Shown: in pieces, positions 18,199 to 28,294 of the stretch
Layout: every line of letters begins with the position of its first letter
Position numbering within the stretch: position 1 is the first letter of the stretch
From: Candidatus Micrarchaeota archaeon
GTDB lineage: Archaea; Micrarchaeota; Micrarchaeia; Micrarchaeales; CABMGC01
Assembly (NCBI GenBank): GCA_021852055.1
Contig: JAJZOD010000010.1
Coordinates: forward strand, 119,548 to 183,547
Length of the DNA: 64,000 nt
Direction of reading: 5' to 3'
The notes under the pieces: generated by a model
Databases searched by the model: none
What the model saw: the letters and a program-made list of their open reading frames with translations, nothing else
What the model was told of the DNA's origin: nothing
Position numbers and translations under genes: made by a program

Positions 18199-18354
18199 GT
18201 CCCTACGGGTAAAGCCCATAGGGGCTTCCCGATAAAACACATCCTTTGCAGGATGCAGTGACTGCATGAACTATCTGGAAGAAAAGGCATGTATATTGCT
18301 CCTTTGCGGTTCGCTTTCATCCCGCCCATAAGTGGTGTGGGATCTCATGCTCAC
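18195..18354. mobile_element. 160-bp non-autonomous IS200/IS605-type element (MITE/PATE-like)
   Basis: Left end GTGAGTCCCTACGGG-TAAAG-CCCATAGGGGCTTCCC. Right end CGCTTTCATCCCGCCCATAAGTGGTGTGGGATCTCATGCTCAC. Termini GTGAG/CTCAC, plus internal hairpins CATCCT-TTGC-AGGATG and TGCAG-TGA-CTGCA. Confidence 0.65.
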
Positions 18355-18386
18355 TTTGTTAAATTTTTAACGCAGCTTTAAAGCAG

Positions 18387-19253
18387 CTACAGCAGCGCAT
18401 ATGTCAGAGGCGCAGCGAGTATTGCGATGAGCGCAAGAAGCATTGCAGCCAGTGAGGCGTTGCGCGCAAGCCTGTAGAATTTTTGGGTTTTTTTGTTCAG
18501 ATATGTTAATGAGACATAGACTAGCAGCATATCTGCAATGCCTATTAGCACAAGATAAACGGCATCACCTTTGAAAGGCACCATGTAAACGAAAAGGTAG
18601 ATGCTTATCCCTATTGCAGCAAAATAAAGGAGCAGCGCAATCACAGAGGCACCAGTTCTGCCTATGGCCCTTGGAAGTGAGGTAACGCCCCTTAGCCTGT
18701 CGCCGCGCATATCACGTACTGTGCCATGGATCTCGCGCCCTAGGCCGCTTAGGAATATCATGGCGCTTATAAGGATAATGGCCGGGCTAAGACTATTGCT
18801 TACAACATAATTGCCATAGATAAAAGGTATGGCCATTGAGAATGCTATGTAAATGTTGCCCAGCAGAATTATCTGCTTAAGCCTGTAACTGTACAGCATC
18901 GCAAGGGCGCCGAATATCACTGCGATATAGTAAGCGTAGCTGTTTATAAGCATGCTTGCGAATATGCCTATTGCAAGGCAGATATAAGTTACATAAAGCG
19001 CATCGCACTTGCTGAGCTCGCCTGATACGAGCGGCCGCTTCATATTGCGGTTTGCCTTGTCTACAGTTATATCGTAGTAATCATTTATGGCAAAGGAGGC
19101 CATACTTATGAAAATAGGCGTTATGAAGCTTGCAATGAGTGCTATAGGGTCTGGGATGCCCTTTGCTATCAGTTCTGCAGAGAACACAGCTATGACAAGC
19201 ATGAAGCTGTGCTCTATTCTTGTCAGCTTCAGTATTGCGCTTAGCTTTCCCAT
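18387..19253 (-). CDS. UbiA-family prenyltransferase (DGGGP synthase-like)
   Basis: NDYYDITVDKAN.RPLVSG and RDMRGD Asp-rich motifs, multiple TM helices. Start set at ATG 19253. Confidence 0.88.
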   Translation of the reverse strand: MGKLSAILKLTRIEHSFMLVIAVFSAELIAKGIPDPIALIASFITPIFISMASFAINDYYDITVDKANRNMKRPLVSGELSKCDALYVTYICLAIGIFASMLINSYAYYIAVIFGALAMLYSYRLKQIILLGNIYIAFSMAIPFIYGNYVVSNSLSPAIILISAMIFLSGLGREIHGTVRDMRGDRLRGVTSLPRAIGRTGASVIALLLYFAAIGISIYLFVYMVPFKGDAVYLVLIGIADMLLVYVSLTYLNKKTQKFYRLARNASLAAMLLALIAILAAPLTYALL

Positions 19254-19507
19254 GTACGTCATATAGCTTTGAAAAGTAGCACATAAAAGCTTTACTACAG
19301 CAATATCAATAGGGTGCATATAATGAAAAATAAAGCCAAAATTAGCCACCTTGTGGCGATTATAGACTTAAGCGCCAAGCCAGATGCCGAAACAGGGAAG
19401 GGCACAGAGAACGCATTGCAGAAGCGTAGGCGCAGCACAAAAGCAAGCAAAGAATAGAAGCGTAAATGTCGCATTGCTTATAAAACAAAAAACAAGCAGT
19501 GGTGTAG

Positions 19508-21490
19508 TTGGATAACGACTTTTCATCAATAAACAAGCTAGAAGGCGAGCGCTTCTCAAAAAGCCACATCCGTATTATGCTTATAGCTGGCATGGGGTTT
19601 TTTACCGATGCATATGACTTATTTATAATCGGCATAGTGCTGCTGATGATAAAGCCGATATTTAACCTGTCTGCAACACAGATAGGGCTTGTTGCAAGCG
19701 CAGCCCTTTTTGGCGCAGTCATAGGCCCGGTAATATTCGGTAGCATAGGCGACAGGTTTGGAAGAAAGCCAGTGTACTGGATAACTATAGTCATCTTGAT
19801 AATAGGAGCACTTGGATCTGCAACATCAATGAACTACATACAGCTCATAATATGGAGGTTTATTTTAGGGGTTGGCATAGGCGGCGATTATCCGCTCAGC
19901 GCCACAATAGTAGCGGAGTATGCTAACAGGAAAGACAGGGGGAAGATGGTCGCTTCTACCTTTGCCATGCAGGGATTCGGCCTTGTGGCGGGAGTCGGTA
20001 TAGGATTTTTGCTCCTTAATACAAGCCTGCCCATTACTATAATATGGAGGCTTCTTCTTGCATTTGGGGCCATACCTACATTGCTTATACTTAAGCAAAG
20101 GACAAAACTTTATGAGACGCCGTGGTATAAATTTGCGAAGAACTCCGGCACCAAGGCGCGAGCTGCCGGAGCTCAGACCGGAACAGGCGCAGTACTACCG
20201 AAGATAGGCTTTAGCAGGTTTCTGAGAAACAGGTGGCAGATAGTGCTTGGCACTTCAGTAACATGGTTTCTGATGGACATCTCTTACTACGGAACCACAA
20301 TATTTACGCCTTATCTCGCATCTTTGTTCGGATTTACTGGACTATACGCAGCAGTGCAAGCCTCTGCACTTATACTGATAATTGCCGCAGTTCCTGGCTA
20401 CTGGGTTGCAGTCGCATTGATAGACAAGCAGGGCAGAAAATCGATGCAGACTATAGGATTCCTTGTTATGGGAATATGCTTTACAATACTGTTTTTCTCA
20501 GGCAGCGCGATTCTCGCAGGATCTGCAGTGATGTTTTTTGCAATATATGGCCTGTCGTTCTTCTTTACTAATTACGGCCCGAACACCACCACATATGTTT
20601 ATCCTACAGAACTTTATCCGACCTCGGTGCGTGCAAGGGGGCACGGGATAGCGTCGATGAGCGGCAAGCTTGGTGCAGCCCTCTCGGCACTCTTCTTTCC
20701 GTTGTTGCTTTTGAATATTGGCAAGTTCAACCTTATAGGGCTTCTCGGCGCAGTTGCATTTACAGGTGCCATATTTACTCTTCTTCTGCTGCCTGAAACA
20801 AAAAGGAGGTCGCTTACTGAAACGTCAATGGAGAGCGAGCTTCTCATAATAACCGCAGAGCTGAACAAGGAGTTCAGCTCTTTATTGGATGCCATATACA
20901 AAACTTCGTCGATGTTGAGCAATGAATTTTCCAGCAGTCGCATTGACAATGCAAAATGCTTCAGGATAGCGGAGCATAATGAACATGCAGCAGATTCAAA
21001 GGTCCACAGCATTATAAACTACGTATCGAATACGAGGATAAATACACGTATATACACTGAGATATCACACCTTGCAAGGAAACTTGACGATATAATAGAT
21101 GGGGAAAAAACCCTCGCATCAAGGCTCTATGTATACAACATAGGCTCCGCAGACGCGTTTATGAAGAAGTTTGCAGACATAAACTTGAAATGCGTATCGC
21201 TTGTCACTGAAGGGGTAAGGCTGATGGCATATCTTCCTGAGGGCAAGAGTTATGAAGAGAGTGTCTTTAGGGTGTATAACAATGCAGCCAAATTGGAGAG
21301 CTCTGCCGATGACCTGCTCCGGGAAGCGTTAAGGAATGTTATGAACATGAAAGACCCTGTGCGCATAATGAAATACAAGGAGGTTTATGAGGACCTGGAG
21401 TCTATAACAGACAGATGCATGAACTCGCTCGAAGTAGTAAACGACATAGCCCTCAGGCACATGTACGGCCCTTACAGAAGAAATGACTGA
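19508..21490 (+). CDS. MFS phosphate:H+ symporter (Pho84/PHS-like) fused to C-terminal DUF47/PhoU-like domain
   Basis: GFFTDAYDLF, GIGGDYPLSATI and NYGPNTTTYVYPTELYPT..RARGHG. C-terminal EHAAD...LDDIID...ESSADDL...KEVYEDLESITDRC. Confidence 0.85.
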   Translation: MDNDFSSINKLEGERFSKSHIRIMLIAGMGFFTDAYDLFIIGIVLLMIKPIFNLSATQIGLVASAALFGAVIGPVIFGSIGDRFGRKPVYWITIVILIIGALGSATSMNYIQLIIWRFILGVGIGGDYPLSATIVAEYANRKDRGKMVASTFAMQGFGLVAGVGIGFLLLNTSLPITIIWRLLLAFGAIPTLLILKQRTKLYETPWYKFAKNSGTKARAAGAQTGTGAVLPKIGFSRFLRNRWQIVLGTSVTWFLMDISYYGTTIFTPYLASLFGFTGLYAAVQASALILIIAAVPGYWVAVALIDKQGRKSMQTIGFLVMGICFTILFFSGSAILAGSAVMFFAIYGLSFFFTNYGPNTTTYVYPTELYPTSVRARGHGIASMSGKLGAALSALFFPLLLLNIGKFNLIGLLGAVAFTGAIFTLLLLPETKRRSLTETSMESELLIITAELNKEFSSLLDAIYKTSSMLSNEFSSSRIDNAKCFRIAEHNEHAADSKVHSIINYVSNTRINTRIYTEISHLARKLDDIIDGEKTLASRLYVYNIGSADAFMKKFADINLKCVSLVTEGVRLMAYLPEGKSYEESVFRVYNNAAKLESSADDLLREALRNVMNMKDPVRIMKYKEVYEDLESITDRCMNSLEVVNDIALRHMYGPYRRND

Positions 21491-21590
21491 CATGGAGTTT
21501 CAGCTTTCTGTGCGCAGCACTGTGGGTTCGCAAAAGTATAAGTAATTATTGTGTCAATATCATTCTTATCATTGTTTTGCGGTGATTTTT

Positions 21591-22556
21591 ATAGAAGGCA
21601 TAGAGTTATCTTGGACAGAGAAGTACAGGCCTTCTAAGCTTGACGATATAATAGGCCATGAAGGCATAGTAAGCAAGCTCCGCATTTTTGTAAAGCAGAA
21701 GAACTTCCCGAGCATGATATTCGCAGGGCCGGCGGGCGTGGGGAAGACAACATCTGCAATAGCCATGGCAAATGAGCTGTACGGGGAGAGTTTGAACCAG
21801 GCATTTCTTGAGCTTAACGCAAGCGACTCGCGGGGTATAGAGGTTGTAAGGGGCAAGGTAAAAGAGTTTGCGCGCACAGTGCCGCTCTCAAGCGGCCTTG
21901 TCAAGATAGTATTCCTTGATGAGGCGGATGCGCTTACACCCGAAGCACAGCATGCGCTTAGAAGAACAATGGAAAAGTACTCATCTACTACAAGATTCAT
22001 CCTTAGCGCAAACTACTCCAGCAAGATAATAGACCCAATACAGAGCAGGTGCGTTGTATTCCGCTTTAAGCCACTTCGGGAAGATGAGATGAGAAGGTGC
22101 ATAATGAGGATTGCAGAGTCCGAGGGCGTAAATATAGACGAAAAAGCCGTTGAAGCATTGATGTATGTCGGCGACGGAGACCTCAGGAAGCTGACAAATA
22201 TAATGCAGAGTTCTGCAGTTGCAGACGGAAAGATAAGCGAACACTCCATATACGACATTGCGGCAAGGGCGCGGCCCAAGGAGGTCATCTCAATGCTGAA
22301 ATATGCCATCTCTGGAGAGTTTGAGAAAGCAAGGAACGATCTAAATGTGCTGGTCCTAGTTCACGGAATGTCTGGAGAAGACGTTCTCATGCAGTGCTAC
22401 AGGGAGGCATTGAACCTTGACATAGAAGAGAGGAAAAAGCTGCGCATTATAGAGAGCATAGGCGAATGTAATTTCAGGATAGTCGAAGGTGCAAACGATC
22501 GCATACAGCTTGAATCGATGATTGCGAAACTAGCCTTAATTGATTCTAAGGGATGA
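21591..22556 (+). CDS. rfcS: Replication factor C small subunit (start ATA 21591 or GTG 21582)
   Basis: WTEKYRP, GPAGVGKT, ELNASDSRGI, LDEADAL and SRC motifs. Confidence 0.95.
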   Translation: MEGIELSWTEKYRPSKLDDIIGHEGIVSKLRIFVKQKNFPSMIFAGPAGVGKTTSAIAMANELYGESLNQAFLELNASDSRGIEVVRGKVKEFARTVPLSSGLVKIVFLDEADALTPEAQHALRRTMEKYSSTTRFILSANYSSKIIDPIQSRCVVFRFKPLREDEMRRCIMRIAESEGVNIDEKAVEALMYVGDGDLRKLTNIMQSSAVADGKISEHSIYDIAARARPKEVISMLKYAISGEFEKARNDLNVLVLVHGMSGEDVLMQCYREALNLDIEERKKLRIIESIGECNFRIVEGANDRIQLESMIAKLALIDSKG

Positions 22557-22609
22557 ACATACCCATCCCAAAAACATAAAACACAAAAGGACAGCTTTAG
22601 CCCGTCTGT

Positions 22610-24487
22610 TCACATCCTTCTTCTGGCTCTGCCATTCTCCCTTCCGCTGCTTCTCGGTTGATTGCTGAACTTGCTGATTTTTATAAGTTTGTTTATTCTT
22701 GCAAGCATTATAAGGATTATAATCAGAAATATCAACAACAGCACTGCGAATACTTCCAACTCTCCATGTATCCCAACTACGCTCACACCTAATGCCATTA
22801 TCTGTCGTGACTCGTTGTTGAACGCATCAGTAAGCAGAATACTCGATTCAGGCGTCGAACTCGACGTAACTGTTGAAGTACTGTTTCCAGGTATAAGGTT
22901 TTTAGAGATATAACCGTTTATTCCCGAAAGGTACGATGCCAGATTTGCAAGGGAGTATGCCGAACTTATGTAACCCATCTTAAGCGTTGAGTTCTTTGTG
23001 TAGTTTGCCTGCTGCAGGTAAAACATTGCAGAATCTGCAAACATGGCTGGCCATACACCATTGGTTGCATTGTACGCAACTCCAGCTATATGTGTCTGCA
23101 TAGCCGTGGAGTAGTTTGATGGACCTGCAGAAGCCAAAGCCTTTGCGTATGTTGCACCGTATAATGCTGCCGAATATTCGCCCTGGCTGTAGTCCTGCTT
23201 CGCTGCAGTAAGATATATGCCGGGATACTGCTCGGAGATGTTAATAATTTTCATAGCAGCATTCTTCATTGAAGAGGATTCATACACAGGTGAGCCGCCG
23301 ATCTCTGAGGCTATGTTGTACATCTCGTTTGCAGCGCTGCACCATGCCTGTGCCTCTGCCACGCTTCCCATAGCTTCAATTATGGTGTCGGTAGACGCAG
23401 AACTGTTTATTTCAGGAATAGATTCATTAAGTGTGGCTATTCCGAGGGACTGACGGAGTTCACCGCCAACTACATACTCGTAGTTTGCAGCAGTCAGCTG
23501 CGGAGGCGACAGCAGTGCACAGTAATCAGAAACATTTGTTGCGAGAGCAATTGCACTCTGCTTCGTGTATGAATTGGAGTGCGCAAGCGTATAAGAAGTT
23601 GCATATTCTACAAATGCAAGGTCAGCACCAGTATATAAATAACCTTTATCCGAAATAGTCGAGTATTGTTTGAGGTTGCTGAGCAGCTGGTCCTTTGCTG
23701 ATGTGAAGTTTGACGGTATCATCTCTGTTTCGTTAGTTACATATCCAAGTGTATAATTTGTAAGCTGGACGAAATAACTTTCATTGCAGTTTTTGCATTG
23801 GATTGATGAGTTGTGTATTGAAGTGTTGTAATACTGTGTTAGGTTTATTCTTAACATGCCTGGCGTCAGATGGCCTGAGGCTCTTGTGTAAGGGAGTGCC
23901 TGCGACAGATTGGACACCTCAAACAGCGGAATCCCGAACATCTGCTGTGATATGTAGTACAACAGGTCTTCTGTGCTTCCGTTCTGGACTGTTGGCACAA
24001 GTATGTAATTCATGCCGTTTTGCTTGGCTGCCTGGGCTTTGTCATATATGCCGCCTATCGGACCAACAGAGCCGTTGTTTGTTATAGTGCCGGTTACAGT
24101 AAAATTAGAATATAATTGGGCATTTTTAAGCGCGTAAACTGCAAGTAGGGTAAGTGCGAGACCGCCGCTTGGACCGGATACATTTACCGAGTTTTCTATG
24201 TAATATGTGAACTTGTATTTCGATTCGTTTAATCCTAGATATGATGCTGCTGCAATTGCAGCACTCTGTGCCGAAGCTATGGTGCTGCTTCCAACAACGC
24301 TGGGCCCTTTTATATCAACTGTGCCGTTGCCGCTTGTAATGTTGAGCTGTATGGTCGTGAGAACCCCTAGATCCTCGTTCTGCAAAACAGCAGGAGCGTG
24401 AATCTGCGTCGTGTATGCAAACGCAACTGAAGGAAGCGCTGCAAATAAAATTACAAATATGGCCAAGATGGTTTTTCTAGTCTCCAT
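22610..24487 (-). CDS. Secreted, C-terminally anchored S16 (Lon-like) serine protease
   Basis: Signal peptide, VSGPSGG catalytic Ser, GPIGGIYDKA Lys, and a C-terminal TM followed by a basic tail. Confidence 0.85.
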   Translation of the reverse strand: METRKTILAIFVILFAALPSVAFAYTTQIHAPAVLQNEDLGVLTTIQLNITSGNGTVDIKGPSVVGSSTIASAQSAAIAAASYLGLNESKYKFTYYIENSVNVSGPSGGLALTLLAVYALKNAQLYSNFTVTGTITNNGSVGPIGGIYDKAQAAKQNGMNYILVPTVQNGSTEDLLYYISQQMFGIPLFEVSNLSQALPYTRASGHLTPGMLRINLTQYYNTSIHNSSIQCKNCNESYFVQLTNYTLGYVTNETEMIPSNFTSAKDQLLSNLKQYSTISDKGYLYTGADLAFVEYATSYTLAHSNSYTKQSAIALATNVSDYCALLSPPQLTAANYEYVVGGELRQSLGIATLNESIPEINSSASTDTIIEAMGSVAEAQAWCSAANEMYNIASEIGGSPVYESSSMKNAAMKIINISEQYPGIYLTAAKQDYSQGEYSAALYGATYAKALASAGPSNYSTAMQTHIAGVAYNATNGVWPAMFADSAMFYLQQANYTKNSTLKMGYISSAYSLANLASYLSGINGYISKNLIPGNSTSTVTSSSTPESSILLTDAFNNESRQIMALGVSVVGIHGELEVFAVLLLIFLIIILIMLARINKLIKISKFSNQPRSSGRENGRARRRM

Positions 24488-24679
24488 ATTTTAAATATAA
24501 GATGCAAAGATTTAAATGATTTTAGTATAAATTCGCATTAGGTGCATTTTGCATTAATATTTGCATTGATTTTACAATATTTACAATAAATTTGATTAAT
24601 GGCCAAAAACAGATTTTGATTTTTTCTATTATCGCAAGTTTCTTAAGCTTTTACGGGTTTAATAATAGCAAGGACATAT

Positions 24680-25177
24680 ATGAACTTCAAAAATGGCAGA
24701 TTACAGGCTGCAGTCGAATATCTGTCAATGTATGGTTGGGCCATAATCATTGTGGCAATAGCAATACTTGCGCTTGCTGCACTTGGAGTCTTTAACCCAC
24801 AGGCATACGTAGGCCAGCAGTGCGCCATGGGTGGAGGATTCTCGTGTGTATCGTATTCAATGGCAGAGAACGGCATGCTGTTTATAACAATTGCGCAGTC
24901 GACCATATCGCCGATATTAGTCACCGGCGTAGGGTGTTATGCTAATTCAAACGACATGGAGCTGCAGGCGCCGTACAATCCGCCTTCTAATGAGATACCA
25001 ATGCAAATAGGAAGCAGCAGCAACTTTTCATCACAGTGCTATAACTACAACGGCACAAAATTTGGCGGAGGGATAGGTGCAGTTTACGAAGGGTCGATAG
25101 CCGTATCGTATATAAACACAGTCAAAGAATATAAAGAGCTTGGCGTAGGAACGCTGGTGGTAAGGGTTTCGCATTGA
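24680..25177 (+). CDS. Type IV pilin-like protein with class III signal peptide
   Basis: RL|QAAVEYLSMYGWAIIIVAIAILALAALGVFNP matches the Q..EY..YGWA archaeal pilin-like N-terminus. Cys pairs in the C-terminal domain. Confidence 0.75.
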   Translation: MNFKNGRLQAAVEYLSMYGWAIIIVAIAILALAALGVFNPQAYVGQQCAMGGGFSCVSYSMAENGMLFITIAQSTISPILVTGVGCYANSNDMELQAPYNPPSNEIPMQIGSSSNFSSQCYNYNGTKFGGGIGAVYEGSIAVSYINTVKEYKELGVGTLVVRVSH

Positions 25178-25216
25178 ATGATGTCTTGCAAGCATGAAAA
25201 ATAAAATGGCAGTTTT

Positions 25217-25816
25217 ATGTTTATATACCCAAAAATGTACAGAAAGCTGAAGCGCGGCCCTCAGGTTATACTTCCAAAGGATATAGGAATTATAGTAGCA
25301 TATTCTGGTATATGTAAGGAAAGTGTGTGCATCGATGCAGGCACCGGAAGCGGCTGGCTTGCTGTAAGCTTGGCGCGCATTTGCAAAGACGTTTACAGTT
25401 ATGATACAAGAGAGGAGTTCACGCGGATAGCACAGAAGAACAAAGAGATCGCTGGAGTCGATAACCTGAGCCTTAAAACAGGCGATGTTACAAAGCATAT
25501 AAAAGAGAAGAATGCAGACTTGTTTACTCTTGATCTGCCGGATGCAGAAAAGGCCCTTGCAACAGTTAAGAAATCTCTTAAGCAGGACGGCGTTGTAGCA
25601 GCATATCTCCCGCACACTGAACAGCTGAGCAGATTTGTTTCCAAATTAGAGAAACTCGGATTTTACGACGTATATACCGTAGAAGTTATAGTCAGGGATA
25701 TTCTTGTCAGGAAGGAGGGGGTACGCCCTTCTACAAAAGGAATATGGCATACTGCATATTTGGCATTCGGCAGGAAAGGCGGCAATTACGGAGATACGGC
25801 CCTTAAAACAGAATGA
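25217..25816 (+). CDS. trmI: tRNA (adenine-N1)-methyltransferase TrmI
   Basis: PQVILPKDIGII, IDAGTGSG, TLDLPDA and VRPST..WHTAYL. Confidence 0.88.
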   Translation: MFIYPKMYRKLKRGPQVILPKDIGIIVAYSGICKESVCIDAGTGSGWLAVSLARICKDVYSYDTREEFTRIAQKNKEIAGVDNLSLKTGDVTKHIKEKNADLFTLDLPDAEKALATVKKSLKQDGVVAAYLPHTEQLSRFVSKLEKLGFYDVYTVEVIVRDILVRKEGVRPSTKGIWHTAYLAFGRKGGNYGDTALKTE

Positions 25817-25939
25817 CGCCAACAAAGATTTATATTCATTTATGTATTTTATGTATAAGAGTTAATCAGTAAATGTTATAAAAATCTTCAAGACACAAAA
25901 CTATCACACTGAAAAATACAAAAAACACATGGTGTAAAT

Positions 25940-26257
25940 ATGGCAGAAAATATAGCAGACAATATCACAAGCAAAGGCGAAAGGGCGATAGGGGAGAATG
26001 TAGTTTTGATAGGTAAAAAGCCTGCTATGAACTATGTTCTTGCAGTTGTGACGCAGTTCAATGGCGGGGCTAAAAACGTCAAGGTAAGGGCAAGAGGCAA
26101 CGCAATCTCTAGAGCTGTTGATGTAGCAGAGATAGCAAGGCATAGGTTCGTCACTGATGCGCGGGTAGGAACCATAGAGATAGGATCCGAAGAACTGTCA
26201 AACGAGGATGGAACAACGTCGAAGGTTAGCTCTATCGAGATAACGCTAAGTAAATAG
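25940..26257 (+). CDS. albA: DNA/RNA-binding protein Alba
   Basis: [28 protein letters not shown] and SSIEITL. Confidence 0.96.
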   Translation: MAENIADNITSKGERAIGENVVLIGKKPAMNYVLAVVTQFNGGAKNVKVRARGNAISRAVDVAEIARHRFVTDARVGTIEIGSEELSNEDGTTSKVSSIEITLSK

Positions 26258-26499
26258 TTCATTTTCTCTTTATTTTTCCTTTTTTATTATTTTAATCTTT
26301 TGGCTTTTCCTTTTTTCTTTGATTAGTTTGATTTTGCATTCTTCTATTCTGTAGCTAAAAATTTATTATTTGTTCTCTTGCATCTCCAGGCATAGGTGTC
26401 ATAGGTTGTTTTCATGACTATAAATGGTGGGAGTTGGCAAGCCTTCGGTACACGATAGCTATAAATAAGCCTTTTCATCCAATTAATACTGGTGCTTTA

Positions 26500-27798
26500 T
26501 TGTCAAATGAGTACAGGAGCCATTATATTTCAGAGCTCAGTGCCCAGCTTGCAGGAAAAGAGGTACGCCTTGCAGGCTGGATACACGAAGTAAGGGACAT
26601 AGGCAACATTGTGTTTCTGCTACTTAGAGACCATTCCGGTATAATACAAGTGACTGCGAAGAAAGACAGCACAGATGACGCAGTGATGAAGAGCATGCTT
26701 CTTCCCAAAGAAAGCGTAGTTTCAGTTCTGGGAACTGTTGTTGAGAGCAAGCAGTCAAAAAAAGGCATAGAGATAAAACCAAATTCCATACGAAACCTGA
26801 ATCCGCTTAATGCAACTATTCCTTTTGAGGTAACTGGCAAAGTGCCTGCAGACCTTGACGTAAGATTAAACTACAGGTATGTTGATCTGCGAAGGCTGCA
26901 CACAACAGCAATATTCAATATAGAATCAACAATACTAGGAAGTTTCAGAAGCATTCTTTCAAAGGACGGCTTTACAGAGATAAGGACGCCGTCGCTAGTC
27001 AAGGAGGCGACAGAGGGAGGTGCTGATGTATTTAAGGTTGATTATTTCGGAGATGCCGCATATCTTGCGCAGTCTCCGCAGCTTTACAAGCAGCTTGCGG
27101 TTATAGGCGGATTTGACAGAGTATTTATGGTAGTTCCCATATTCAGGGCAGAAAAACACAATACGACGTTCCACCTGAATGAGATAACGCAGATGGATAT
27201 AGAGATGGGATTTGCTGACCATAAAGATGCCATAAAAGTGCTAAAGAAGGTCGTATTAGGTATTAAAAAAAGTGTATTTAAGAACAACAGCGCAGATGCC
27301 GAAACGCTCGGAATAAAGGATTCAGAGGGCAGGATAGTTGAGGTCACATACAAAAAAGCAATCGAGAAACTTAACTCTAACGGCAGGCGCATAGAGTTTG
27401 GCGAGGACTTCACCAGAGAAGATGAAGCAGCGCTTAGCAGGATTTTCGGAGACCTTATTGTTTTAAAGGAATATCCTACAATGTTGAGGGCATTTTATAC
27501 AATGCCCAGCTCGGAGGATCCTGAAGTGTCCAACAGCTTCGATTTTATATACAAAGGCACTGAGATATGCAGCGGAGCGCAGCGCATACACGAACCGCAT
27601 GTTTTAGTAGATGCAATTAAAAAACGCGGCAGCGACCCGAAATCATTTGAATTCTACATAAATGCATTTAAAGACGGAGCACCGCCACATGCCGGCTGGT
27701 CCATCGGCCTTGAACGCTTTGCAATGAAGATGACAGGTATGGAGAATATACGTGAGGTATCGATGTTTCCACGTGACAGGACAAGGCTTACCCCGTGA
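26500..27798 (+). CDS. aspS: Aspartyl-tRNA synthetase (archaeal type)
   Basis: GWIHEVRDIG, RLNYRYVDLR, YLAQSPQLYKQ, EICSGAQRIH and PPHAGWSIGLER. TTG start after a GGTG SD. Confidence 0.93.
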   Translation: MSNEYRSHYISELSAQLAGKEVRLAGWIHEVRDIGNIVFLLLRDHSGIIQVTAKKDSTDDAVMKSMLLPKESVVSVLGTVVESKQSKKGIEIKPNSIRNLNPLNATIPFEVTGKVPADLDVRLNYRYVDLRRLHTTAIFNIESTILGSFRSILSKDGFTEIRTPSLVKEATEGGADVFKVDYFGDAAYLAQSPQLYKQLAVIGGFDRVFMVVPIFRAEKHNTTFHLNEITQMDIEMGFADHKDAIKVLKKVVLGIKKSVFKNNSADAETLGIKDSEGRIVEVTYKKAIEKLNSNGRRIEFGEDFTREDEAALSRIFGDLIVLKEYPTMLRAFYTMPSSEDPEVSNSFDFIYKGTEICSGAQRIHEPHVLVDAIKKRGSDPKSFEFYINAFKDGAPPHAGWSIGLERFAMKMTGMENIREVSMFPRDRTRLTP

Positions 27799-27802
27799 TT
27801 TT

Positions 27803-28285
27803 GTGAATACAGAAGTTATAAGGATAGAGAAAAAAGAGGAGGAACAAGTAGTCATAGGGCATGCAGGATTTATAAAATCTGCAGAAGACCTTTATGAAGC
27901 CATGGTTAACTCGGTGCCTGGAGTCAGGTTCGGACTTGCATTTGCAGAGGCAAGCGGACCCCGCCTTATCAGAAGCGAGGGCAACGATGATGCAATGATT
28001 AAATCTGCAGAGAGCAACATGCAACGCATAGGCGCAGGCCACACGTTTATAATAATCTTCAGCGCCGCATACCCGATCAATGTCATAAATTCGCTTAAGC
28101 AGGTAAACGAGGTTGCTAGGATATTCTGCGCCACTGCAAACGCTGTTGAAGTGATAGTTGCAGAAACAAACAGCAGCAGGGCTATCATAGGAGTCGCTGA
28201 CGGGATGCCACCCACAGGCATAGAAGACGATGAAGGCAGAAGCAAGAGAAGGAAGTTCCTGCGTGACATCGGATATAAGAAATAG
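27803..28285 (+). CDS. Adenosine-specific kinase family (DUF355)
   Basis: IGHAGFIKSAEDLYE, FGLAFAEASGPRLIR.EGND, GAGHTF, YPINV and RRKFLRDIGYK. Confidence 0.9.
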   Translation: MNTEVIRIEKKEEEQVVIGHAGFIKSAEDLYEAMVNSVPGVRFGLAFAEASGPRLIRSEGNDDAMIKSAESNMQRIGAGHTFIIIFSAAYPINVINSLKQVNEVARIFCATANAVEVIVAETNSSRAIIGVADGMPPTGIEDDEGRSKRRKFLRDIGYKK

Positions 28286-28294
28286 GGCGGTGCA

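Noticed and set aside
19323-19457. 44-aa basic ORF upstream of the phosphate transporter
   Set aside because: No motif or clear SD; cannot be distinguished from chance.
26258-26420. Lys-rich minus-strand frame after alba
   Set aside because: It is the mirror of a long T-rich terminator tract, with no proper start.
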